The notes: generated from the letters alone by a model not told the origin. Numbered from the whole stretch's first letter, positions 48,131 through 59,585 are shown. The stretch is DNA of 63,008 nucleotides, filler included, from Octopus bimaculoides (GCF_001194135.2; 5 parts of 4 records of this genome joined end to end with filler, not necessarily neighbours in it), one strand, 5' to 3'. Numbers and translations: made by a program.

Positions 48131-49331
48131 TCTATTTTTCTTTTAATGTATATGTCTGTGTATATANNNNNNNNNNNNNNNNNNNNNNNNNNNNNNNNNN
48201 NNATATATACATGTATACATATTTCCTTTGCCTCTATTTTAACATTTAATCTCTAAATCTATCTCTTAATCTCTATATCTCTCCATCTTCGCATGTAGCG
48301 GTATGTTGTAGGTTTTCCTATATCACATCTATATGGTCTCTTTTCATGTCAATCTATTTTCTCTGTTAATATCACGTTTTAAACTTCACTATGTCGGTCG
48401 CTCTCTGTTAATGTTTGTCGGAATTTTAAGGTTGTTCTGATCTTTCTTCTGTAACTATTCTATATTTTTTTTTTTGCTGTCCTCATTTCTGAATATCAAA
48501 CGATTTTTATTGACAACCTCATTTAAATATATTTTCTCTTTTTATTCTTTTGTTAATACAATGTTATAGCATTTTTTAATCTCTACTTTTTCTTCTTTGT
48601 TTGACTTTTGCGGTTGTGGTTGTTTAACCCCCGATAAATGCTGCTCGAGCGGACCAAAGATCCAAGCCTTCCCAGTTGTGACTACCTCGTCTTTTTATAT
48701 ANNNNNNNNNNNNNNNNNNNNNNNNNNNNNNNNNNNNNNNNNNNNNNNNNNNNNNNNNNNNNNNNNNNNNNNNNNNNNNNNNNNNNNNNNNNNNNNNNNN
48801 NNNNNNNNNNNNNNNNNNNNNNNNNNNNNNNNNNNNNNNNNNNNNNNNNNNNNNNNNNNNNNNNNNNNNNNNNNNNNNNNNNNNNNNNNNNNNNNNNNNN
48901 NNNNNNNNNNNNNNNNNNNNNNNNNNNNNNNNNNNNNNNNNNNNNNNNNNNNNNNNNNNNNNNNNNNNNNNNNNNNNNNNNNNNNNNNNNNNNNNNNNNN
49001 NNNNNNNNNNNNNNNNNNNNNNNNNNNNNNNNNNNNNNNNNNNNNNNNNNNNNNNNNNNNNNNNNNNNNNNNNNNNNNNNNNNNNNNNNNNNNNNNNNNN
49101 NNNNNNNNNNNNNNNNNNNNNNNNNNNNNNNNNNNNNNNNNNNNNNNNNNNNNNNNNNNNNNNNNNNNNNNNNNNNNNNNNNNNNNNNNNNNNNNNNNNN
49201 NNNNNNNNNNNNNNNNNNNNNNNNNNNNNNNNNNNNNNNNNNNNNNNNNNNNNNNNNNNNNNNNNNNNNNNNNNNNNNNNNNNNNNNNNNNNNNNNNNNN
49301 NNNNNNNNNNNNNNNNNNNNNNNNNNNNNNN

Positions 49332-49374
<43 letters not shown>

Positions 49375-49655
49375 GTGTATGTGTGTGTTTGTGTGTCTGT
49401 GTTTGTCCCCTTAGCATTGCTTCACAACCGATGCTGGTGTGTTTATGTCCCCGTCACTTAGCGGTTCGGCAAAAGAGACCGATAGAATAAGTACTAGGCT
49501 TACAAAGAATAAGTCCCGGGGTCGATTTGCTCGACTAAAGGCGGTGCTCCAGCATGGCCGCAGTCAAATGACTGAAACAAGTAAAAGAGTAAAAGAGGTG
49601 GTGCTCCCACATGGCCGCAACCCCATGATTGAAATAAAATATAAAAGTTAATATC
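49375..49655 (+). mobile_element. SINE family A, 3' half, with a partial tandem duplication of the tail
   Basis: ...GGCGGTGCTCCAGCATGGCCGCAG...GTAAAAGAGTAAAAGAG then GGTGGTGCTCCCACATGGCCGCA...GAAATAAAATATAAAAG again. Confidence 0.9.
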
Positions 49656-50319
49656 TATATTCATAGTAGGTTGTTGTTGCAATTAACAAAGGCTTCTTTC
49701 AGCAATACGTTTTTTGCATTTATCTGCAAGAATTTTTAACTGGAGAAGTAAACTTCCGGCGAATTCAGTTTCCTTTTCGATAGTCTGCTTCTACCATTTC
49801 CTTTCATTATATGCTGCTGATGTCTTCTGGAAAGGTATGAACGTCACTAATTATATTTCCCTATTTCCTCAAAATACAAGCTCTTAGTGCATTGTTAAAG
49901 AAACACTTCCTTTTATTAAGAAATCATTTAATCCTCGCAATCTTCCTATCATTCTCTGTCATTTTTATCCTTTTTATTTCGTTCAGCCTTTCTGCGTTTT
50001 TAAACTTTGTCTTCGCATATCTTATCTATCCCCACCCAATCATTTTCTCAGTTGTGACCCTTCTCCCTAATTAGTCTGCTCTTTTGTGGCCCTTCTCTGA
50101 TTACTTCTGTATATTCAGCCGCCACCCTTCGCCGTCACTGCCCTGCTTATCCCCTTTGACAGCAGCTGGCCTCCTAACAGAAAAATCTGTATGGGATCAC
50201 GTGATGAGTTGCAAGGGATCAGTAACAAACAAGACGAGCGGAAGAAAAGGACACAGCTGGAAGTAATTATCACCACTGCCACCGCTGTCATCGCCACCAA
50301 CCTACCTCCACCAACAGCC

Positions 50320-50329
50320 ACTGCCACTG

Positions 50330-50376
<47 letters not shown>

Positions 50377-50377
50377 G

Positions 50378-50451
<74 letters not shown>

Positions 50452-50472
50452 GCTACTACTACTACTACTACT
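50320..50472. repeat. Compound (TAC)n-(TGC)n-(TAC)n array
   Basis: Directly visible. Confidence 0.97.
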
Positions 50473-50689
50473 TTGCCTTCTCTAACATCTACTGGACAAT
50501 TTCTGTAGGGAAAATATGTGCAGGGAAGAAGTTTTAGAACTTTGCACTTCCAAGGATCCACTTCGATCATTCGAATGGTTAAGCGAAGTGTGTCGTGCAG
50601 GTCCAAAAGGTGATATACGGTAGAGATGAAGAAAGGAAAATAGAATTTTGGGGACGAGGGTGACACATTTTGTTATTTTATAAGAGCCG

Positions 50690-50945
50690 AAGCCGTTGGC
50701 TAGTGGTTAGGGAGTTGCATACACGATCCTCTAAAATCATAGTTCCGATTCCCTGACCTGACGGAGGGTTGTGTTCTTGAGTAAACAAAATACTTCATTT
50801 CAGTCACTCCAATCTACTCAGCTGTAAATGCGTATCCAAGCGACGGACTGGCGTCCCATTCAGGGTAAGGGTTAGGGTTGCGATCTCGTTTACCTATACA
50901 CCATGGGAACTAGGCAACCGAGTGTATGTGTCCTAGGACTCGAGA
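50690..50945 (+). mobile_element. CORE-type SINE with a third tail type
   Basis: GGCTAGTGGTTAGG head, GTGTTCTTGAGTAAACAAAATACTT CORE-like box, CAGTCACTCCAATCTACTCAGCTGTAAATG, GGACTGGCGTCCCATTCAGGG. Confidence 0.7.
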
Positions 50946-51199
50946 CAGTGATATCTAGGGGATGATGATGATAATGATGATGTTGATGATGATGAAGTCG
51001 TTATAGTAGAGGTGGAAAAGACAAGGAGGACAAGGATCCTATTGTAGGCTAATTGTTGCAAGGAGTTGTTGAGTGACTGGGAGTGTGGGTGGTGTGTGTA
51101 AGGGGGGGGGTGCATTTCGAGATGATGTGCTTCAGGGAAAAAATAGGTTTCTTTGAACGTGACAGAAAAAAGTTACTTTCCTATTGGGTTACAGTCAAT

Positions 51200-51366
51200 A
51201 GGCGCAGGAGTGGCTGTGTGGTAAGTAGCTCGCTTACCAACCACATGGTTCCGGGTTCAGTCCCACTGCGTGGCACCTTGGGCATGTGTCTTCTACTATA
51301 GTCTAAGGCCGACCAAAGCCTTGTGAGTGGATTTGGTAGATGGAAACTGGAAGAAGCCTGTCGTAT
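51200..51366 (+). mobile_element. SINE family A, 5' half (ends at gap)
   Basis: AGGCGCAGGAGTGGCTGTGTGGTAAG...GGTTCAGTCCCACTGCGTGGCACCTTGGGC. Confidence 0.93.
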
Positions 51367-51467
51367 ANNNNNNNNNNNNNNNNNNNNNNNNNNNNNNNNN
51401 NNNNNNNNNNNTTAATTAATTAANNNNNNNNNNNNNNNNNNNNNNNNNNNNNNNNNNNNNNNNNNNN

Positions 51468-51532
<65 letters not shown>

Positions 51533-51774
51533 CAGTCTATTTCATGTTGACTGCCATTTTTATGTCCTGCTAGTTTTCAGCTGTTCATTTATCATCTCAG
51601 TCATGCAGCTTAGGTGCAAGTGTGTGTGTGACAAAGAGAGAAAGGGGAAGATAACTGTGTTATTTGATTAATCAGAAACTTTGTTTTAACGTTTAAAAAC
51701 ATGTTGTTCTCTGCAGTATTCAGTTCTATATCTCGCCTCTGTTTTGATATGTCAAACCATTCTTGCCTGAGGAA

Positions 51775-51855
51775 AACAATGAAACAATGAACTCAGACGA
51801 ACCACATGACACACGGAACGTCAGACGAATTACATATCTAACAGTCCATATAACA
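51775..51855 (-). mobile_element. LTR fragment of the same gypsy family as 27662-28365
   Basis: AACAATGAAACAATGAACTCAGACGAACCAC...CAGTCCATATAACA nearly identical to ~28285-28365. Confidence 0.9.
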
Positions 51856-51861
51856 AATACC

Positions 51862-52150
51862 AGGATGTAAAGCTTCCAAAATTTATCTGACGCTTCTTTT
51901 GAGAAGAAACGCCGCTAGTGATACGAAATTAAAACCCTATACGTGTGTCACTCCGAAATTTCAAGTGCTTTTAAAAGTTACACAAAGTTTAATTTACCTC
52001 TGATGTGGCGTTCAAATAAGAAGTCATGGATAACAAAGAATCTTTTCAGAGTAATTTACAAACGTTTTGGTCCTGTCATAGAAAGGTAGCCTGACACGTT
52101 TCCAACAAAGCATTGTTTCCGAAAGAGATGTACAGTCCACAGACAACAAA
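51862..52150 (+). mobile_element. pogo/Tigger transposase fragment
   Basis: LTLLLRRNAASDTKLKP..CHSE..SAFK....LPLMWRSNKKSWITKNLF....FGPVIE, matching Tigger LTLL.G.NA.GDFKLKPL..YHSENPRA..LPV.W..N.KAW. Confidence 0.85.
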
Positions 52151-52158
52151 TTTCTTCC

Positions 52159-52470
52159 CCTCAATATCGCCAAATATACTTCAGTCAACACATTGACAAA
52201 TGTGCAGAACGATTACAACCAAAATTCGAAATTTTCCCATTTTATCACCTTGACTTCTGGACCTCAACGTTAGTAAGACTGAATAAAGCAGAGAACACAA
52301 AAAAAGCAACAACAAAAAAAAATAAATTACAGATTTACCTCCCCTTTACTGCTAAATAAATGAGGGAACAATTATCTCCCCTAACAATATTTTTTCCCCT
52401 AGCAATTTATCTCTTTCAATTCACAGTTTGATGAGCAATCCGAAACCGGTCCTTATTTCAATTACGTTGA
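52159..52470 (+). mobile_element. Penelope-like GIY-YIG C-terminus plus 3' terminal repeat with a degenerate hammerhead
   Basis: PQYRQIYFSQHIDKCAERLQPKFEIFPFYH; downstream TTGATGA-GCAATCC-GAAA-CCGG-TC at 52428-52451. Confidence 0.7.
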
Positions 52471-52654
52471 AAGAACAAAACCTTATTTTGTACAAAATTG
52501 TATTATATCTTTATTATCATGACTCTAATATACTCTTAAATCCTGTAAAGCAAATCTTCTGTGTTTTTCATCTTATCTCTTTCTCTTTCCCCCTCTCTCT
52601 CTCTCTTTATATATATATATATATATATTCTATACATAACAGCATGAAAATCCA

Positions 52655-52810
52655 GACCCCTACATAAACGGGACCAAGCGTTGAAAACTATGCATAGCAG
52701 AACGGGCGAGAATTCTAAAGGAGTCCCTCGACCCGGGGAACATCTTTAACTCCAGAACGGAGGTCTTTGGACCGTGCTTGAGTTTCTGGAAATTCCTACT
52801 GGCCTATTGG
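52655..52810 (+). mobile_element. Third Penelope-like GIY-YIG C-terminus
   Basis: DPYINGTKR*KLCIAERARILKESLDPGNIFNSRTEVFGPCLSFWKFLLAYW matches PY..GTKRC.LC..E...I....N.LN.R.E...C...KFLL. Confidence 0.78.
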
Positions 52811-53168
52811 AATCCACAAGATAATAGGGTCACCAAAGGGAGACAATCCCTTNNNNNNNNNNNNNNNNNNNNNNNNNNNNNNNNNNNNNNNNNNNNNNNN
52901 NNNNNNNNNNNNNNNNNNNNNNNNNNNNNNNNNNNNNNNNNNNNNNNNNNNNNNNNNNNNNNNNNNNNNNNNNNNNNNNNNNNNNNNNNNNNNNNNNNNN
53001 NNNNNNNNNNNNNNNNNNNNNNNNNNNNNNNNNNNNNNNNNNNNNNNNNNNNNNNNNNNNNNNNNNNNNNNNNNNNNNNNNNNNNNNNNNNNNNNNNNNN
53101 NNNNNNNNNNNNNNNNNNNNNNNNNNNNNNNNNNNNNNNNNNNNNNNNNNNNNNNNNNNNNNNNNNNN

Positions 53169-53204
<36 letters not shown>

Positions 53205-53228
53205 TACACCATTAGTTTCTTGAATGTA

Positions 53229-53327
53229 GGTAATTTCACCACCGGTAAATTCGCCACTGGAAATTTTATCCTCAGTAATTTCGCCCCCAGTAATTTCGGT
53301 CTGGTAATTTTCCCACTGGTAACTTCT
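53229..53327. repeat. 15-bp subrepeat array (GGTAATTTCNCCNCN)x~6.5, Mutator-type TIR-like
   Basis: GGTAATTTCACCACC|GGTAAATTCGCCACT|GGAAATTTTATCCTC|AGTAATTTCGCCCCC|AGTAATTTCGGTCT|GGTAATTTTCCCACT|GGTAACTTCT. Confidence 0.85.
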
Positions 53328-53809
53328 GGTGTTTTTGTTCCCGTAATTTCATCATAATAAGTATAGTCTATATTTGGGACATACGACACACACAGAGTAG
53401 TCGTCACATGGAAGTAGTCAAGACATGTAGCGCAACATCATTGGCATATTTCTATTTACAACATATTTTATTTGCAAAATATATCTCACAACTACTAAAC
53501 CATCATAGTTTTGAAACATCTCACGACCTCGATCACACAAAAAAAAAACGAGTAAACAACACATATTTTGTAGTTGTAATCATTCAATATGCATTTAATG
53601 CGATGAACAACACATTGCAAATTCAATATTGTTCAAGATAACAAACTTATAGCACAGCATATTACAAATTATTGTGCGAAATAACAAACTTATAACACAG
53701 TAGTTCATTGAAGACGAAAGTCCGAAATACATTCGAGTAATTTTCCTGACAAATCACAATTTTCATATCCCCTGCGTCACATAAATTCACAGAGATATGA
53801 ATGTATCCT

Positions 53810-53988
53810 TTGCAGGAGCATCGCCAATACATGTTTCCACCACGATACTTTTTATTCATAAAATACTTTTTGCTTCTGCATAATTTTCTTTTAGGGATAA
53901 CACCTTTCTTTTGCAAATAATAAACAGCATCCTCCTTTGTTTTAAGTGTCTCCATCATGGTTGCAAGTTTACAAGAGCTTGCTGCCAT
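53810..53988 (-). mobile_element. Merlin/ISXO2-like transposase N-terminal zinc-ribbon fragment
   Basis: MAASSCKLATMMETLKTKEDAVYYLQKKGVIPKRKLCRSKKYFMNKKYRGGNMYWRCSCKG matches E.A..FLQ.KG.I....C...M....WRC..KG; the DDE domain is absent. Confidence 0.62.
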
Positions 53989-54724
53989 AATCAAACGGAT
54001 CGATAATATATACAAACAGAAAACAGATCGGTAAAATATCCAAATACAAAACAAATCGGCGAAATATCCAAATAGATGGGTAAAAATTTCCAAAAATATG
54101 GGCACAAACAGCAGAACACAGCGTCAACACGCGGTTTCACGTAAAATGTATTTGTCATCACATGTGCGAAGAATATAGTCCTTGCAGTCGTAGACAAAAG
54201 AGTTCTCATGTTTGGCTTGTTACTATGGAAACAGGCATGAATGTGTCTATAGCTTACGATTGACTAAAATTACCCAAAATTTTCAAACCTTAAAAGCTAA
54301 TAACTTTTTATTTATTGATTTATTGCGAAAATGAAATTCAAAGTAGTGATTAGCATATATAACTATATCATTACACAGAATATGAAATCAATTTGAGCAG
54401 GAATTGAAGAGATTGAAAATTGGTGGCGAAACAGAAAAGATCCCAGGGATATATTACCAATCAATTGAAAAAATGTTTGGGTACAAAGAAAAAAGTACTT
54501 ATTTGTTGATAAATCTTAAATCTGACATTGAAAAATGGTTTTACGAAAGTAGTAATAACTAAAATTCTGACATAGGAAAAATGGTTCCACAAAAATAGCT
54601 GAGCTGTCAGACAGGGAAAATGGCTTCACAACAGCGAAGCATTCTTAAAAATACAAATTTTTTTACAAATATAAAGGAAAAAATACGTGATGCGATTATT
54701 GAATATTGACGAGCAATTCTAGGC

Positions 54725-56060
54725 TCAGTTTCGGAGGTTCAGGTGTATGTTCCGTGCAACTCCTCGCAGAAATTCGACAGCAGACCGTCGGCTGAGTTCA
54801 AGTTCTTGACAAAGGGCCTGCAAGTGACGCTGCAGTTGAACTTGTTCTCGTTTTACTCGCTTCTGTCCCATTTCGCTGATTTTGATATAGCACGATTGCG
54901 GTCGAACAACTGGCCTCCTCATGTCGGAACCATTGGAAGCAGGTCCATATAGTTGGGTGGCAATGCCCAACTAGGTTGCAAAATTTATTGTTCCATCCCT
55001 TACAAATGTTGTTCGTGCGCGGATTTCCACTTACAACGGCGTCGTGTTGATTCCACAACTCTGGCGGAAACATAGGTATAACGTGGCGAAGATTCAAAAC
55101 CAATCCGCCTGCGTCGCGTCGACGATATGAGCCAGAGGCATAGGTTGAATCAAAATAGTCCAGAAGGTCATACGCTTCGTTAGGCATGATGTTCCTCAGA
55201 ACTTGCACCCCCGTTTGAACTTCTGGCAGTGGTAAGAAGGCCATCGAGCACTCCAACAAAATGTTGGAATTCTTCGTTGGTGTTATACGAGTTCGTTAAG
55301 CCTAGGTCCTGGATTTTCCACCATATGCTTCGAGTCAAATGGTAAAAGCAACCCCGACTGCGGACGTTACGCTCCCAAAACGTCTTGCACGGCGCGAAGA
55401 ACGGCATCCTCGAAATCTGTCATGATGGTGTCGAGTTGTAGCGGTAGGGAAAGTTGTCGGCATTTATCGACAAGAGCTTGGAGAAATTCTTATACATTTC
55501 GTGACGTTTATTTGGCAGCAGGACGAAAACCGAAGTTACGAAGTTGTTTCCAAGTGGGACACATATTACATAGACTTGGGAGAAAACACCATCGCGAAAT
55601 TGCCGTCCATGAACCAATGGCAGGCTCTTGCCAGTTCCCGGATTCCCTGTTCAGTTGCAAAAGCAGGGATTCTGTCATCGCAGTTTGGGCCATTATCGTA
55701 GAGCACGAAATGTTCTCCGCGTGTCGTCATTTTATATTCGTCGGGCAATTCCCCCAGTTCGCGAAGTCGTCGAGGATCGGGTGGTGTGGGCCGTTGCTTA
55801 CGTGTTGTCCGCTTGCAGCCTTCCACATTGGGCAACATCGCACTTACGGTGCTGTTGCGTTCTTTGGTGCATTCTATAACGATTTGTTTAGGCTTCTCCT
55901 TCGTCGTAGCGGCTTTCTGTTTCATGACATCGCGTACCTTTCTTCCAGGCACCAATGTACTGTAGCCGTAGTCTTTCACGTTGTTCACCAACCGACATTT
56001 CCTCTAATAAAATCAATGGAATTAGTCGATCTCCTAGACATATTATTTTCCTCCTGAAAC
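54725..56060 (-). mobile_element. Mutator-like (MULE) transposase pseudogene
   Basis: LARACHWFMDGNF, FSQVYVI...VFVLLPNK, GCFYHLTRSIWWKIQDLGL, MAFLP..V, LLDYFDSTY, MFPPELWN, RTNNICKGWNNKF, spread over several frames. Confidence 0.95.
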
Positions 56061-56746
56061 TTATTAAAAAAAGTATACATATTAGGCGCACCTTTCTATA
56101 AGCCAGAGTTTATTTTCCAGTTAAAAAATAACGGTTTATACACAGGGAAATACGGTAATTGTAGTGGCAGTGACCAGTTCGCTCGCTGATTGGTAGTTGA
56201 TAGTGTAGAAGTGACTCTCTGCCAGCGGAGAGGGAAGAGGAAGGAATGCACGAGAACAGAGTAGTAACATTTAGTAGAGATGACACGGATGTTGTTTCCC
56301 TGATTACTATCGCAAACGACAATAGCTTTCTGTGTGTGAGATATTTTAGTTTCATTACGAAAGAGGGAGGGAGGGAGGGAGGGAGAGAGAGAGATGACTT
56401 AGATGATGTTACTGAGCAGTGACTTTAGATTCACCAATGATAATTATGGGGAAACACACCCACACACAATACGCGTGGACATATATTGCCAGTGTAAACT
56501 TCATTATTCCAGTGAAGCATTGAAAACTGGTGTTATTTTATGAAAGAGCAAGTGAGTAACGAATATGTTCCAAACTTTAAATTTTGAATTGAGTTTTAAT
56601 TATAAAATTACATCTCTCAACAGCTCAAAGCAATTTTTTTATCAGCTTTAGAATTATAACTTTTATGCTCATATGTTTTTCATTAAATCGAATCTTTTTC
56701 TTTCTTTCTTTCTTTTTTTCACTATTTTTCGTCATTTTGTCATATA

Positions 56747-57127
56747 CTCTTTTACTCTTTTACTCTTTTACTTGTTTCAATCATTTGACTGTGGAAATGC
56801 TGAGGCTCCGCCTTTTAGTCGAGCAAATCGACCCCAGGACTTATTCTTTGTAAGACTAGTACTTATTCTATCAGTCTCTTTTTGTCGAACCGCTAAGTTA
56901 CGGAGACATAAACACACCAGCCTCGGTTGTCAAGCGAAGTTGGGGGGACAAACACAGACATACAAACATATACATATATATACATATATACAACAGACTT
57001 CTTTCAGTTTCCGTCTACCAAATCCACTCACAAGGCTTTGGTCGGCCCGAGGCTATAGTAGAAGACACTTGCCCAAGGTGCCACGCAGTGGGACTGAACC
57101 CAGAACCATGTGGTTGGTAAGCTAGTT
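56747..57127 (-). mobile_element. SINE family A, young near-complete copy with (CTCTTTTA)n tail
   Basis: Near-identical reverse complement of 57841-58250. Confidence 0.95.
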
Positions 57128-57840
57128 NNNNNNNNNNNNNNNNNNNNNNNNNNNNNNNNNNNNNNNNNNNNNNNNNNNNNNNNNNNNNNNNNNNNNNNNN
57201 NNNNNNNNNNNNNNNNNNNNNNNNNNNNNNNNNNNNNNNNNNNNNNNNNNNNNNNNNNNNNNNNNNNNNNNNNNNNNNNNNNNNNNNNNNNNNNNNNNNN
57301 NNNNNNNNNNNNNNNNNNNNNNNNNNNNNNNNNNNNNNNNNNNNNNNNNNNNNNNNNNNNNNNNNNNNNNNNNNNNNNNNNNNNNNNNNNNNNNNNNNNN
57401 NNNNNNNNNNNNNNNNNNNNNNNNNNNNNNNNNNNNNNNNNNNNNNNNNNNNNNNNNNNNNNNNNNNNNNNNNNNNNNNNNNNNNNNNNNNNNNNNNNNN
57501 NNNNNNNNNNNNNNNNNNNNNNNNNNNNNNNNNNNNNNNNNNNNNNNNNNNNNNNNNNNNNNNNNNNNNNNNNNNNNNNNNNNNNNNNNNNNNNNNNNNN
57601 NNNNNNNNNNNNNNNNNNNNNNNNNNNNNNNNNNNNNNNNNNNNNNNNNNNNNNNNNNNNNNNNNNNNNNNNNNNNNNNNNNNNNNNNNNNNNNNNNNNN
57701 NNNNNNNNNNNNNNNNNNNNNNNNNNNNNNNNNNNNNNNNNNNNNNNNNNNNNNNNNNNNNNNNNNNNNNNNNNNNNNNNNNNNNNNNNNNNNNNNNNNA
57801 AAAAAAAAAATTGAAAAAATTGAAAAAAACTTTATTCAAT

Positions 57841-58250
57841 AGGCGCAGGAGTGGCTGTGTGGTAGGTAACTAGCTTACCAACCACATGGTTCCGGATTCA
57901 GTCCCACTGTGTGGCACCTTGGGCAAGTGTCTTCTACTATAGCCTCGGGCCGACCAAAGCTTTGTGAGTGGATTTGGTAGACGGAAACTGAAAGAAGCCC
58001 GTCGAATATATGTATATATATATATATGTATGTGTGTGTATATGTTTGTGTGTCTGTGTTTGTCCCCCCAACATCGCTTGACAACTGATGGTGGTGTGTT
58101 TACGTCCTCGTAACTTAACGGTTCGGCAAAAGAGTGACCGATAGAATAAGTACTAGGCTTCCAAAAAGAATAAGTCCTGGGGTCGATTTGCTCGACTAAA
58201 GGCGGTGCTCCAGCATGGCCGCAGACAAATGACTGAAACAAGTAAAAGAG
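57841..58250 (+). mobile_element. SINE family A, full-length reference copy
   Basis: AGGCGCAGGAGTGGCTGTGTGG head, CACCTTGGGCAAGTGTCTT CORE box, internal (TA)/(TG) tract, tail GACTGAAACAAGTAAAAGAG. Confidence 0.95.
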
Positions 58251-58619
58251 TAATAGTTGTATGAATTCCCATGTGTAGAACACAAATTCACAAAACTGTT
58301 TTGAAATTTCCAAAAAATAAAAAAAAAGTTATGAGGGGTTAAATTGGGCAGTGGCCCGGGAGCGAAATTTGCGTAGCGGGGTGCAAACCTAGGTCGAAAA
58401 CTTTTTACGAACAAGGTGGATTTTGCCAATCTTGATATCAAAACTGTTATGTCTCAAGCTACTCTATCTAGCACCTTCGGAGGATCTCTACTTCTTCGCT
58501 TGGGGGCGTCGACACAACAAAAACAAACACGCACGCGCGCACGCGCGCACACACATATATATGTATGTATGTAAGTATGTATGTATGTATGTATGTATGT
58601 ATGCATGTATGTATGTATG

Positions 58620-59036
58620 TATAATAATAATTGGCAAGTTTGTGTTTGTGAATTTGTTACTTTAACTCCTCCGAGACTATCCAACAGACCTTGATGAAAC
58701 TTGACACGTGTGTGGGGTTTATGCCCATGTGGTCACTTGGAATTTTTTAAAAATCTATTTTTAATCAGCATCGATTTTTCAAAACTCGTAAAATTTCGGC
58801 ATTTTTTGCATTAGCCATCGTGACATCAGTTTGACGAAAAATGCCGAAATTTGACGAAAAATGCCGAAATTTGACGAAAAATGCCGAAATTTAACGAAAA
58901 ATGTTTCATGAGTATAAATAGACAGCTTATTAACGGTAATCAATTTAGCATTGGATAATTCTTCATTTCAATGCGAATTGTTTTGATTTGCTAAAACTTA
59001 TTATTTCAATTCATTGTTTTGATTCCCCCAGCGTTT
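58620..59036. mobile_element. Probable non-autonomous Helitron/Helentron-like fragment with an internal 20-bp tandem repeat
   Basis: TTGATGAAACTTGACAC-type motif, (TTGACGAAAAATGCCGAAAT)x3.6 at 58831-58903, and an inverted copy at 58791-58806. Confidence 0.45.
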
Positions 59037-59136
59037 NNNNNNNNNNNNNNNNNNNNNNNNNNNNNNNNNNNNNNNNNNNNTTAATTAATTAANNNNNNNN
59101 NNNNNNNNNNNNNNNNNNNNNNNNNNNNNNNNNNNN

Positions 59137-59176
<40 letters not shown>

Positions 59177-59371
59177 GGTAAGGAGAACAAGAGAAACATT
59201 AAAACGTATAATGTCAAAAAAGTCAGTGTTGAATTAGTGATGCCAAATAAGCGGTGCCAAAACGGCTGTGTCAAAACGTCTCATCTTCAGAAATAATGTG
59301 TTTACATTTTAATTTTCCCTACAGTGAGGCTTTATAACGTTGCTTTATAATATTATTCCAATTTATTCCAA

Positions 59372-59585
59372 AGTGGCGAGCTGGCAGAATCGTTGACTCA
59401 CCGAGCAAAATGCTTCGCGGCATTTCGTCCATATTTACATTTTGAGTTCAAATTCGGCCGAGGTCGACTTTACTTTTCATCCTTTCGGGGGCGATAAAAT
59501 AAGTACCAGTTGAACACAGAGGTCGACGTAATCGATTTATCCTCTCCCAAAATTGTTTGGTATGGTATCAAAATCTGAAACCAAT
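59372..59585 (+). mobile_element. SINE family B, well preserved
   Basis: GGCGAGCTGGCAGAATCGTT...TGAGTTCAAATTCGGCCGAGGTCGACTTTACTTTTCATCCTTTCGGGGGCGATAAAATAAGTACCAG. Confidence 0.92.

Noticed and set aside
50862-50880. AGGGTAAGGGTTAGGGTT telomere-like motif
   Set aside because: Fewer than three units and embedded in a SINE body; not an interstitial telomere array.
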